NCBI GenBank assembly: GCA_039809325.1
Contig: JBDHUS010000001.1
Span: 391 to 64,390, forward strand
DNA length: 64,000 bases
Direction: 5' to 3'
Origin: Minisyncoccia bacterium
GTDB taxonomy: Bacteria > Patescibacteriota > Minisyncoccia > Phycocordibacterales > UBA5272
Every line of letters starts with the position of its first letter. The first letter of the stretch is position 1. The translations under genes and the position numbers were made by a program. Below, piece by piece: positions 47,804-57,210 of this stretch. The notes beneath the pieces are model-generated. The model saw only the letters and a list, made by a program, of their open reading frames with translations, was not told where the DNA came from and did not search any database.

Positions 47804-48229
47804 TTATTTGATTTCAAGACCCATACTTCTTGCAGAACCTTCGATTATTTTCATTGCTTCTTCTACTGTATTTGCTGTAAGGTCTTTCATTTTAGCTTCG
47901 GCGATTTCTTTAATCTTATCTTTGGTGATAGTTCCAGATTTTGAAAGCTTAGGCTTTACTGATCCCTTCTCAATTCCTGCTGCTTGTTTAATTAAATAAC
48001 TTGCCGTTGGAGTTTTTATAACATAATCATATGTCCTATCTTCATATACATAGATCTTTACAGGTAAAGTCCCTTTCATATCTTTTGTATCAGCATTAAA
48101 CTTATTTACAAAATCTCCGATTTGAACTCCTGCCTGTCCAAGAGCAGGCCCAAGCGGTGGAGCCGGGGTTGCTTTTCCTGCCGCAATTTCAACCTTTACA
48201 TATTTTAATATTTTCTTTTTTGCTGCCAT
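47804..48229 (-). CDS. rplK: 50S ribosomal protein L11 (start moved to MAAKKK)
   Basis: PAPPLGPALGQAGVQIGDFVNKFN. Confidence 0.9.
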   Translation of the reverse strand: MAAKKKILKYVKVEIAAGKATPAPPLGPALGQAGVQIGDFVNKFNADTKDMKGTLPVKIYVYEDRTYDYVIKTPTASYLIKQAAGIEKGSVKPKLSKSGTITKDKIKEIAEAKMKDLTANTVEEAMKIIEGSARSMGLEIK

Positions 48230-48287
48230 AGTTTTAATTCTTAATGTGTGCATTCTAACACAAAATACCAATTTTTCAAATTATATT

Positions 48288-48833
48288 TTATAATTTCTTT
48301 ACTTGTAAAAAGTCTAATTCGATAGGCGTTTCTCGACCAAACATAGATACTAAGACTTTCAATTTTCCTCTAGCTTTGTCTACCTCTCCCACTCTTCCTT
48401 CATAATCTTTAAATGGGCCGTCAACAATCGAAACAATTTCCCCTTCTTCTACAGATATGTCATGGGTAATTTCTGTCTCTCTCATTCTTGAGAATATATA
48501 GTCTAACTCTTTCTTTGCGAGGGGTACTGGCGTTGTACCGCTACCTACAAATCCTGTCACTCTTGGTGTATTTCTTACTTGATACCAAGAGTCATCATCT
48601 ACAATCATATCAACCAAAACATATCCTGGATATATTTTTTCCTCCACTTCCACTCTCTTTGTACCTTTTACTTTTATTTTCTTTTCAACTGGTACTATAA
48701 CATCAAAAATCTTGTCTTCTAATCCTAATGATGCTATTCTTTGTTTTAAATTGCGGAGTACAGCATTTTCATATCCACTATAAGTATGTACTGCATACCA
48801 ATGTCTTTCTCCACCTAATTCTTGTTTTGCCAT
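48288..48833 (-). CDS. nusG: transcription termination/antitermination factor NusG
   Basis: NGN domain (WYAVHTYSGYEN) plus a KOW motif (GEIVSIVDGPFKDYEGRV). Confidence 0.9.
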   Translation of the reverse strand: MAKQELGGERHWYAVHTYSGYENAVLRNLKQRIASLGLEDKIFDVIVPVEKKIKVKGTKRVEVEEKIYPGYVLVDMIVDDDSWYQVRNTPRVTGFVGSGTTPVPLAKKELDYIFSRMRETEITHDISVEEGEIVSIVDGPFKDYEGRVGEVDKARGKLKVLVSMFGRETPIELDFLQVKKL

Positions 48834-48845
48834 ATTATTAAAAAA

Positions 48846-49028
48846 TTATTTGATAAAAATATTTAAAATCTTCGCAAAAAGGCCATCTATTTCAAATAAA
48901 AATACAGCTACTATAGTAGAAATTACAACCACTAAAATAGTGTGGTTTATTGTAGCTTTTTTTGTGGGCCAAACTACATGTTTAAGTTCATTACGCACAG
49001 ATTTTAAATAATTAATAATAGTATTCAT
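48846..49028 (-). CDS. secE: preprotein translocase subunit SecE
   Basis: 60 aa with a single TM helix, upstream of nusG (secE-nusG-rplK order). Confidence 0.7.
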   Translation of the reverse strand: MNTIINYLKSVRNELKHVVWPTKKATINHTILVVVISTIVAVFLFEIDGLFAKILNIFIK

Positions 49029-49139
49029 ATATTTGTTAATAAAATTCTAACACAAATTTTTCATTTTTAAAACGCCTTTCGGCGCTTTAAAACTATATAT
49101 ATAGTATACTCTTTTTAAATAAAAAGTCAAATTAATATA

Positions 49140-49958
49140 CTAATCCGTTATTTGAAATGTTATGGTTATATTTGAATTAATTTTTTGCTCTCCTTCTGCT
49201 ATATTTGCATTTCTTAAAACAGAGCCCGCGGAAGCACTCATAATATCCATTTTCGCAGAATACATAGGAATATTAGGTATCTCATTTTCTTCATTATCAT
49301 AATAACTTACTATTTTTTTAATCTTAACTCCTAAAGACTTTGATAAATCTTTAGCCTTTTCCTTTGCGTCTTTGATGGCTAAATTTCTTGCTTCATTTTT
49401 CAAATTTTCTACATTATCAATCTCAAAATTTGGACCATACACTTCTGTTATTTTTTCTTCTGCTAATATATTTAATACTTTAGCTACATTTTCTGTATTT
49501 CTTACTTTTACATTTATATTTTCACTTGCTTCATAACCTACAATATTTGAAGAGCCATCTTTATAATTATATTTTGGATTTACTGAATAATTTGTAGTTT
49601 GTATATCTTTTTCTTGAATCTCTAATTCTCTTAATTTCTCAAAAACTTTATCAGCTTTTTTTGCTACTTCATCTTGCAAGGTTTTAGTATCATTATTAAC
49701 ATTTGATGCTCTAATTGTTAAATTAATAGTTGATATATTTGGTACAGCCAAAACCTCTCCACTACCTACAATTGATATTGTCCTTGGATTTGTATAATCA
49801 GCATAAGTTTTAACTACTAAATTAAGCACTATACCCAGTCCTAAAAAAACTAATACTAAAAAAATTAATTTTTTATAACAAGGCATTGAATTGTCTTTGC
49901 ATTTATTACAATTCCCACTCCCGCATATATTACATTTTTTATCTTGATTATTATCCAT
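49140..49958 (-). CDS. SIMPL-domain (DUF541) protein with an N-terminal Cys-rich segment and a TM helix
   Basis: CNICGSGNCNKC, a TM helix, then ISIVGSGEVLAVPN...TINLTIRASN, a SIMPL-like pattern. Confidence 0.45.
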   Translation of the reverse strand: MDNNQDKKCNICGSGNCNKCKDNSMPCYKKLIFLVLVFLGLGIVLNLVVKTYADYTNPRTISIVGSGEVLAVPNISTINLTIRASNVNNDTKTLQDEVAKKADKVFEKLRELEIQEKDIQTTNYSVNPKYNYKDGSSNIVGYEASENINVKVRNTENVAKVLNILAEEKITEVYGPNFEIDNVENLKNEARNLAIKDAKEKAKDLSKSLGVKIKKIVSYYDNEENEIPNIPMYSAKMDIMSASAGSVLRNANIAEGEQKINSNITITFQITD

Positions 49959-50053
49959 ATAAAATTATTTATGATTTATTTTTTAATCTACTAATATACT
50001 AATTGTAGCATATATAAATCTATATATATATTATTTAAAAAATAGTCTTTAAT

Positions 50054-51217
50054 TTAATTTTTATTTATAAGATTCAAGACTATATTTTTATCTAGACAAA
50101 CATCTTGCGTATTTATAATATTAGTACTAGAAGCAATATCTCTAAAGCATACACTTTCTGAATTTAAAATATTAAGAATAGTAGTAGTGGAGAAAGGAAT
50201 AATATCTTGTGTATTGTCTGTATATTTTATCAAGAATCCTGTCGAAGTAGCGTCAACACTAAGTATTCCACGTCCATTTTTCCCAGCGGGTCCTCTTTGT
50301 GATATGTATTTTATTATTGTTTTTTCTTCTGCTTTTGAATTCTTGTATTTTTCTAATTCATTTTTCAAGTTATTTATTTCTTTTTTTAATTCTTCAATAT
50401 TTGTATTATTTACTAAGGCTCCATTATTTGTATCATTTTTTTCTAAAATATTTGAAGTATTTGAAGAAGAGCTGGTCGTAATCTTATTGTATTCTTCAAT
50501 ATTATTTTGAATAGTATTATTTGGAAATGTATTTACTTTAATAGAATTTTTATCATTTTCTACTATTAATCTATCCGTCTCTTTTATATTAAAAAAACTT
50601 TTATTCACATATTGATTAAACTCTGGTAAAAACATATAAGCTGAAAGAATACTTAATACGAAGAATAATAAAATATAAAACAAAATCTTTCCTGCCCTAT
50701 TGCTTCTTTTTTCTTTTATTTTTCCTGTACCTAAGGATTTTCCATATTCCTCGGATGTTGAAGAAAGAAAACTATTTTCTAGAGTATTATTATCTTTTTC
50801 TTTTTTAATATTTAGAGAATAAGGAGCGTTTAAGTTCTCTTTATTCTCGTTTATTATTTCAATATTTGTAGGAATTGTGTCTTTTGTATCATTTTCCATA
50901 GAAAAAACTTTATTTTCTTCTGTGTCTTCTATATTTCTTTTTAAATTAAAAGAATATGGATTATTTGAAGAGATTTCATTCTTTTCTTCTGTTTTACTCT
51001 CTTCTTCTTTTTTTTCAGTAATATCTAAAATGTCCCTTCTAAAAGATATTCCCTTAATATTATTTTTATTTCTAGTGCGAAATATTCTAAGTCCTTCCAT
51101 TATATCCTCTCTGTCCCAACCGCTAGCAGAAAGTAAAGTCTTTAAAGATTCTTCTGTAAGACTTTTATTAAGACTCATTATACGCTCCATTACATCTTCT
51201 ATATTCTGAATTGTCAT
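50054..51217 (-). CDS. hypothetical membrane protein with Asn/Ser-rich regions
   Basis: 387 aa with one central TM helix and a short GPAGKNGRG collagen-like triplet. Confidence 0.3.
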   Translation of the reverse strand: MTIQNIEDVMERIMSLNKSLTEESLKTLLSASGWDREDIMEGLRIFRTRNKNNIKGISFRRDILDITEKKEEESKTEEKNEISSNNPYSFNLKRNIEDTEENKVFSMENDTKDTIPTNIEIINENKENLNAPYSLNIKKEKDNNTLENSFLSSTSEEYGKSLGTGKIKEKRSNRAGKILFYILLFFVLSILSAYMFLPEFNQYVNKSFFNIKETDRLIVENDKNSIKVNTFPNNTIQNNIEEYNKITTSSSSNTSNILEKNDTNNGALVNNTNIEELKKEINNLKNELEKYKNSKAEEKTIIKYISQRGPAGKNGRGILSVDATSTGFLIKYTDNTQDIIPFSTTTILNILNSESVCFRDIASSTNIINTQDVCLDKNIVLNLINKN

Positions 51218-51328
51218 AATGTATTATCTATTATTTATATTTCTATTATATCTCATATACATAGATAATATTTGATTTTTTATCTCTTATGTGGATAATT
51301 GATATATTTTAATGCTATTATATATAAT

Positions 51329-52084
51329 ATGTTTAAAAAATATTTTTACTTAGTCCGTCATGGTGAGACTATTTTAAATAGTCAAAAAAGAAGACAAGAC
51401 GATAAAGGTAGACTTTCTGAAAGAGGTATGAAAGAAGTTGAAGATTTAGGTAACAGACTTCTTAATATGCATATAGAGAAAATGTTTGTTTCTCCGTATG
51501 AAAGAACAATGGAAACAGCGAAAATAATCAATAAATATTTAAAATTAAAAGAAAACAGGATTATAATCACAGATCTTATAGCTGAAAGAAAAAATCCGTC
51601 TAATATTATTGGTTTACATTATGATGATCCGATTGCCAAATCTTTTATAGATAGAATGGATAAAAGTATTCATGATCCAAATTTAAGAATTGCAGACGAA
51701 GAAAATTTTCAAGATTTGAAAGAAAGAGCAATAAAAGCTCAAAAATTTTTAATAAATAATAGTAAGAAATATAATTTGTGTGTTACTCATGGAATATTTC
51801 TTAAAATGTTTTTATCAACTCTTTTGTATGGTAAAGATTTGAGAGTAAAAGATTATATACAAATGAATTTATATAATCCTTCGGATAATGCTGGGGTAAC
51901 TTTTATTAAATATTCCCCTCTTAAAAATTTCTTTATGCCACTACGAAAATTTTTCGACTCAATCTTTGGTGATGAAGTAGATGGCGATGATGATGGAAAT
52001 CCTAAACCTGACAAATATTCACCTTGGGAAATTCTCGCCTATAATGATTATACAAGGGACGGATTTAAAAGACTTCGTATTTAA
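51329..52084 (+). CDS. histidine phosphatase family protein (PGM-like); start moved to MFKKYFYLVRHGE
   Basis: LVRHGET and CVTHGIF motifs. Its architecture resembles the domain inserted in IleRS. Confidence 0.65.
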   Translation: MFKKYFYLVRHGETILNSQKRRQDDKGRLSERGMKEVEDLGNRLLNMHIEKMFVSPYERTMETAKIINKYLKLKENRIIITDLIAERKNPSNIIGLHYDDPIAKSFIDRMDKSIHDPNLRIADEENFQDLKERAIKAQKFLINNSKKYNLCVTHGIFLKMFLSTLLYGKDLRVKDYIQMNLYNPSDNAGVTFIKYSPLKNFFMPLRKFFDSIFGDEVDGDDDGNPKPDKYSPWEILAYNDYTRDGFKRLRI

Positions 52085-52219
52085 CTTGCATTTTTAGGAG
52101 TTTATGTTTATATCTAAATATATAGAATGTTCATATTATATTTTTTAACATCATTCTTAACTAAAAAAATTAAACTCAAAAAAGCCAGACCAAAGTCTGG
52201 TTTTTATATTTCCAAAAAA

Positions 52220-52264
52220 TAAAGGGGCGGCGCCTTCGGCGCCGCCCCTTTATTTTTTTATTTT
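52220..52264. terminator. bidirectional GC-rich terminator (AAAGGGGCGGCGCC-TTCG-GCGCCGCCCCTTT) serving tRNA-His and the 51329 gene
   Basis: Seen directly in the sequence; T/A runs lie on both sides. A second hairpin (CCAGAC-CAAA-GTCTGG) sits at 52185-52205. Confidence 0.6.
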
Positions 52265-52270
52265 CTACCT

Positions 52271-52346
52271 TGGTGTGCCTATCCGGATTCGAACCGGAAC
52301 TGAGGGCTCCACAAACCCTAGTGCTAACCATTACACCATAGGCACC
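52271..52346 (-). tRNA. tRNA-His (GUG) with encoded G-1 and CCA
   Basis: - The reverse complement is GGTGCCTATGGTGTAATGGTTAGCACTAGGGTTTGTGGAGCCCTCAGTTCCGGTTCGAATCCGGATAGGCACACCA.
- It folds into a cloverleaf with anticodon loop TTGTGGA (anticodon GTG) and T-loop TTCGAAT.
- An extra 5' G precedes a 7-bp acceptor stem, and the discriminator is A. Confidence 0.85.
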
Positions 52347-52442
52347 ATACTCTAACTTTTTGTTAGACTACTATTCTAACAAAAAAATACGAAAAAATCC
52401 ACCTGTCAAATCAAACTTCTAAATATTTCTCAAATCAAATTT

Positions 52443-52983
52443 TTAACTTACTCCATTATCTATTTCCCCTTCATAAATTATATAATCTACTTTTTCAAAA
52501 ATGTCTTTATCTAGATTTTCGAGATTTGTCATATAACTTTCCCCTGACTTGTTTACTGAAGTTGTTACAAATGGAGCATTTGATTCTTTTATAAATTCAG
52601 TAAACCACACATCCGGAATTCTCACCCCTACACTTTGATTATTATCTTGTGGATTGATAGCTGTAGCTATAGAATTTTTATTTTTTAAACTTAAGAAAAA
52701 TGTATATGGTCCAGGAAGTAGTTTTAATTTTTCTTCTGCTTCGCGATTTACTACACAATTTTCAAAAACAAAATTAATATCGGGAACAATAATTGAAAAA
52801 GGTTTTTCGTCTCTTTCTTTTATTTCTCGAATCCTCGAAACCGATTCTTCAATCAAAGCATTTGTACCGATTCCATAAATAGTATCAGTTGGATAAATAA
52901 AAATCTTACCTGCTTTTATAGCTTCAATAATTTTTTCTTTATTTATTTGAAAAACAGTATTCTTTGTCTATTATTTTATCCAT
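52443..52983 (-). pseudogene. tsaC: L-threonylcarbamoyladenylate synthase (TsaC/YrdC/Sua5 family) with an apparent +1 frameshift near the 5' end
   Basis: - The body encodes ...KIFIYPTDTIYGIGTNA...VGVRIPD...TSVNKSG.
- The ATG at 52981-52983 is in a different frame and hits TAA after 14 codons.
- Deleting one T from the T5 run at 52950-52954 restores a full-length protein. Confidence 0.5.
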
Positions 52984-53328
52984 AAATAATTATTCATGAG
53001 TTTCGTTATTTTACTGTGCCCCATCTCGGTCTATAACTTTTTTATATAAAGAAGTAAAAGAGTTCTCAAAGAGAGATAAGAAACAAATTAAGTGACACTT
53101 CGGTCTATCCCTAATATTGTTGATAGTATCATAACATATTTTTGTTGATATGTATACCTAACCCATAAAACAAATTTATAAAGGTTATTAGGATTTTATT
53201 TTTATAATGACTCACCTAGGTCTATAACTAGACAAATGCCAACAAATGCCAATTTTTTGAAATAATAAAATAAGGTGTAGATTATTCTTAGATACCTAGT
53301 CAGTATCATAAATATAATAGATAAATAT

Positions 53329-53994
53329 ATGGAAAATAGAAAAGAAACAGTAGAAAAAGTAAAAGAACTTTATAGAGAAAATGATGAGGAGATTACAGAT
53401 GAAAAAGCTGAGGAAGCAACTAATAATTTAGTTGGTCTTGTTAATCTTTTGTTTGAAATGAGTATGACAGAATCAAGAAGAAAAAAGAGATTAAAATCTG
53501 AACCAGACGGATTTCCAGTAGACGGTATGTATACATGTTTAGTTTGTAAAAATGGAATAAATGAAAATACTGGTTGGTATAGTTGCTATGGAAACACTTG
53601 TTTTAATTGTCTTAAAGCTTTAAAAGAAAAACTCATACCAAAATATATTCTAGATGATAGTAATAGTTACTTTACTATGTATGATCTAAATTCAACTTTT
53701 AATATAAAAACTCAACTTGCTAAAAAATATATAAAAGAAGAAAAGCTGATTCCAAGAATTATTTTAGATAATGAGGGCAAATCTTATTATTATATTTTTC
53801 TTAAAAAAGAAAATCCTGCTTTAATAAAAAGATATTCTCCTACTAGAAAATCTTACGATAGACATCGTAATAAAAAATTAAAAAAATGGTCTAGAGAGAC
53901 AGAGAAAAAATTAATTGATGACTTAAGAAAAAATAGAGAAAAACAAAGAAAGCAAATAGTTAGAGATAGATATGGAAGAGAAGTTGTTTTATAA
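53329..53994 (+). CDS. hypothetical protein with a Cys4 zinc-ribbon-like motif
   Basis: CLVCKNG...CYGNTCFNC; a charged, Lys/Arg-rich C-terminus. Confidence 0.3.
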   Translation: MENRKETVEKVKELYRENDEEITDEKAEEATNNLVGLVNLLFEMSMTESRRKKRLKSEPDGFPVDGMYTCLVCKNGINENTGWYSCYGNTCFNCLKALKEKLIPKYILDDSNSYFTMYDLNSTFNIKTQLAKKYIKEEKLIPRIILDNEGKSYYYIFLKKENPALIKRYSPTRKSYDRHRNKKLKKWSRETEKKLIDDLRKNREKQRKQIVRDRYGREVVL

Positions 53995-54032
53995 AAATTA
54001 ATATTTTTATTTTATAGAGATATATTTTAATT

Positions 54033-54551
54033 TTACTTAAATTTCATAATTCTAGAATTTAAAAGTTTTATAGTAAGAACTTCTTTGCTTACATTATATT
54101 TTTTCGATAAGAAATCTAGATTAGAATTTTTATTATAATCCTCCTTAAGGAATTTTTTAGGAACTAATAATTCTCCAGCAAATAAATCGGCTTCTGATTC
54201 ATTTATTTTTGACTTAGGGTCGTCATAATCATTACAGGAGTATCCTAATAATAAATGTCCTATCTCATGAGCAATTGTAAATCTATTACGAACCCAAGGA
54301 TGATTTTCATTAAAACCTAAAGTATAAACTTCTTCATCATAGATATCTATTTCTTTTTTTAGAAAACCAGAAACTTCATCCTCTAGTTTATTAGACTTTA
54401 AGATTTTTAGATCATAATTATCTTTAAGATAATTTAAAATATTCCATAAGCTTATAGGAGTTTCAATAATCTTACAAGACTTTAATAAATTTGAAACTTC
54501 AGCTTCTATAAACTTCTTTCTAGGTTTGTCTTGAAAATTATCTTCTTCCAT
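54033..54551 (-). CDS. ImmA/IrrE-family zinc metallopeptidase (DUF955)
   Basis: HEIGHLLLGY (HExxH) together with ESEADLFAGELLVP. Confidence 0.65.
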   Translation of the reverse strand: MEEDNFQDKPRKKFIEAEVSNLLKSCKIIETPISLWNILNYLKDNYDLKILKSNKLEDEVSGFLKKEIDIYDEEVYTLGFNENHPWVRNRFTIAHEIGHLLLGYSCNDYDDPKSKINESEADLFAGELLVPKKFLKEDYNKNSNLDFLSKKYNVSKEVLTIKLLNSRIMKFK

Positions 54552-54554
54552 AAA

Positions 54555-54887
54555 TTATTTATCTAGTTTCAAAATGTTTTGAATAACTTGTTTAGTCTTT
54601 GGCGATATAGATTTATCAGTTCTTAAAGCAACTTGAATGTCACCTGTATATTTAGAATCTTTACCTAAGAAAAAATAAATATCTTTATGTAAAACCTCAG
54701 CTATCTTTTCTAGATTCTCTGCGGTTATCTTTCTACTTCCCGATTCTATTAAAGATATCGCTGTAGAAGATTCGAAGTTTAAAGCTTTAGCAAGATCGGT
54801 CTGAGACACACCTTCTTCTTCTCTTGCTTTCTTTATTTGTCCACCAATAAACTCTGCTTTATTATTATTATTTTTCATATATTTCAT
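54555..54887 (-). CDS. XRE-family helix-turn-helix transcriptional regulator
   Basis: Cro/C1-type HTH (QIKKAREEEGVSQTDLAKALNFESSTAISLIESGSRK), paired with ImmA. Confidence 0.7.
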   Translation of the reverse strand: MKYMKNNNNKAEFIGGQIKKAREEEGVSQTDLAKALNFESSTAISLIESGSRKITAENLEKIAEVLHKDIYFFLGKDSKYTGDIQVALRTDKSISPKTKQVIQNILKLDK

Positions 54888-55042
54888 ATTGATATGATAG
54901 CATTTTCAAAATGATTTGACAATATATTTTCAATTTGCTATACTTAATATATCAAAATGATAAATAGATTTTTATTACTTTATTATTTTGATAACCTTTA
55001 TAAAAACAAATTAATTTAAATTACAAATATATATATAAATAT

Positions 55043-55315
55043 ATGAATACATTAATAATTTCATATGATCTTAAAAAGCCAGGGAAAGATTATACGAAAG
55101 TGCACAATTATATACAAAGTTTTCCTGAATGGGCTAAACCTTTAGAATCTTTCTATATTATAAAAACTAACTTAACAGCACAGACGGTTATAAACCAACT
55201 TCTTCAACATGTTGATTACAATGACAAAGTAATTGTTATAGACGTCAGAAATAACTTTGCTACATGGAATAATCTTCCTTCAGAGATCTCTGAGTGGATT
55301 AAAATCAATTTTTAA
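55043..55315 (+). CDS. hypothetical small protein (weak Cas2/VapD-like ferredoxin-fold pattern; no CRISPR nearby)
   Basis: 90 aa (MNTLIISYDL...LESFYIIKT). Confidence 0.25.
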   Translation: MNTLIISYDLKKPGKDYTKVHNYIQSFPEWAKPLESFYIIKTNLTAQTVINQLLQHVDYNDKVIVIDVRNNFATWNNLPSEISEWIKINF

Positions 55316-55319
55316 TTAT

Positions 55320-55718
55320 ATGCAAACACAATTAAAAATCAGTCCTTATATCCCCAAAAAAGGAAATAAGACTATACGGATAACATTAACGAATATACAA
55401 TTACACTCATCTGTAAAAAGACAGACACCTTCTGTTGGAAAATCTATAGGTAAATCTATACAAAACAATGAAGAAGGAAGAATATATTTTTCTTCTCCTA
55501 AATTTGAAAAAACATCTGAGGAGAATAAAATGAAGATATCTATAGAAGATATAATTTCAAAAGATGAAAATTTAATGAAATTAGTTCAAAATTATCAATC
55601 TCAAGGTATACATGTTATAATAGAAATACCTAAAGAGATACCAATATTCTTAGGTAAAGACACGAAAGAATTTTTTGACAGTAAAAACGGAAAAAGAATC
55701 TTTCGTAAAATGAAATAA
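55320..55718 (+). CDS. hypothetical protein (start moved to MQTQLK)
   Basis: The in-frame ATG at 55320 avoids overlap with the 55043 gene. Confidence 0.3.
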   Translation: MQTQLKISPYIPKKGNKTIRITLTNIQLHSSVKRQTPSVGKSIGKSIQNNEEGRIYFSSPKFEKTSEENKMKISIEDIISKDENLMKLVQNYQSQGIHVIIEIPKEIPIFLGKDTKEFFDSKNGKRIFRKMK

Positions 55719-55892
55719 AACAATTGATTAGTTAATCAATGCGTAGTAAAAAGTAGAATAGAGTATCGCCTAAAAACCATGCCTATTCCGCGCAAGAAAT
55801 AGCAGGATTCGGACCCCTATTATTTCGTGTGTGGAATAGGCATTTTTCTATTTCATACATTTTATTAAAAAATAAATAAATTTAATAAAATT

Positions 55893-57206
55893 ATGCAAAA
55901 TAAAAATAAAGACCAAAAATTATCTTGGTCAATCACAACAAAAAATGTTTCTCAATTATTAGGCGCATCATACAACCCTCGTAAGATGTCAGAGAGTGAG
56001 AGAAGAGATCTAGAAGATTCTATTAAGAACTTTGGAACAGTAGTTCCTATAGTTCTAAATATTGGAAGTAGAGAGAATATATTAATTGGAGGTCATGCCA
56101 GAATTTCTATTTACGCCGATCTTGGTATAGAAGAAATTGAATGTATGATCCCCTCTCGTGAGTTAGATGAAAATGAAGAAAAAGAACTCAACCTGAGACT
56201 TAATAAAAATACAGGATCTTGGGATGAAGAACTTTTGAAAGCATTTGATCTCAATATGCTTCTAGAAGTAGGTTTTGGAGATGAAGAATTACAAAATATA
56301 TTTGATGATATAGATTTAGCAGAAGATGACTTTGATTTAGAGAAAGCTATTAAAGCTACCCATATTGATAAAGTAAAAGATGGGGAAATTTATGAGCTCG
56401 GAGAAAATAGATTACTCGTAGGAGATAGTACAGATGAAGTTAAAGTTAAAGAATTAATGCAAGAAGATAAAGCAGATATAGTTTGGATGGATCCAAACTA
56501 TGGTATAGGTTTAGATTACAATAAAGGTTTAGGTGGAAAATCTAACTATGGTGGAACTCTATCTAGTAAAGATGATTCCAAACCAGAAACAGAATACTCT
56601 CAATTTATTAATAAGAGTATGGAAGTTGCTAAAAAGTTTGTTAAAGATAACAGTCACTGGTTCTATTGGTCAGATCCAAATAGTATAGGATTAATCCAAA
56701 GTTTGTATGATAAGAATAAGATAGAAAAAAGAAGAGTCTGCCTTTGGATAAAATCTAACCAGAACTGTACTCCGAAAATTGCATGGAACAGACTCTATGA
56801 ACCGTGTATATATAGCACTATTGGGAAACCCTACCTAAATAATAATTTCAGAAATGCTAATGAGATATTTAATCAAGAAGTAAGTACTGGTAATCAAGTC
56901 TTAGACGAAGCAGGAGAAATGATAGATCTCTGGCTAGTTAAACGTGATAATGTGCAGAGATATTTACATCCGACCCAGAAGCCTGTAACTCTAAACGAAA
57001 AACCCCTCAAAAGATGCTCTGCACCCGGACATATAGTCTTCTCTGGTTTTGCAGGTAGTGGTAGTGATTTAATTGCTTGCGAAACTTTGCAAAGAAAATG
57101 GCGTGGAGTAGAAAAAGATCCTATCTTTGCAACTATCATTATTGATCGATGGGAAAAGTTCACAGGTAAGACAGCAAAATTATTAACTAATAATAAATCT
57201 AACTAA
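55893..57206 (+). CDS. ParB-like nuclease domain fused to a beta-class amino (N6A/N4C) DNA methyltransferase
   Basis: N-terminal ParB/Srx motifs (YNPRKMSE...GGHAR). The MTase part has motif IV DPNY before motif I FSGFAGSGSD. Confidence 0.75.
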   Translation: MQNKNKDQKLSWSITTKNVSQLLGASYNPRKMSESERRDLEDSIKNFGTVVPIVLNIGSRENILIGGHARISIYADLGIEEIECMIPSRELDENEEKELNLRLNKNTGSWDEELLKAFDLNMLLEVGFGDEELQNIFDDIDLAEDDFDLEKAIKATHIDKVKDGEIYELGENRLLVGDSTDEVKVKELMQEDKADIVWMDPNYGIGLDYNKGLGGKSNYGGTLSSKDDSKPETEYSQFINKSMEVAKKFVKDNSHWFYWSDPNSIGLIQSLYDKNKIEKRRVCLWIKSNQNCTPKIAWNRLYEPCIYSTIGKPYLNNNFRNANEIFNQEVSTGNQVLDEAGEMIDLWLVKRDNVQRYLHPTQKPVTLNEKPLKRCSAPGHIVFSGFAGSGSDLIACETLQRKWRGVEKDPIFATIIIDRWEKFTGKTAKLLTNNKSN

Positions 57207-57210
57207 ATAT

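Noticed and set aside
55043-55315. Cas2 identity for the 90-aa ORF
   Set aside because: It has only a loose YDL...G...ESFYII resemblance to the Cas2/VapD fold. There is no cas1 and no array, so it is left as hypothetical.
55257-55319. Upstream extension of the 55257..55718 ORF overlapping the previous gene
   Set aside because: It overlaps 55043..55315 by 59 nt. The in-frame ATG at 55320 gives a non-overlapping gene.
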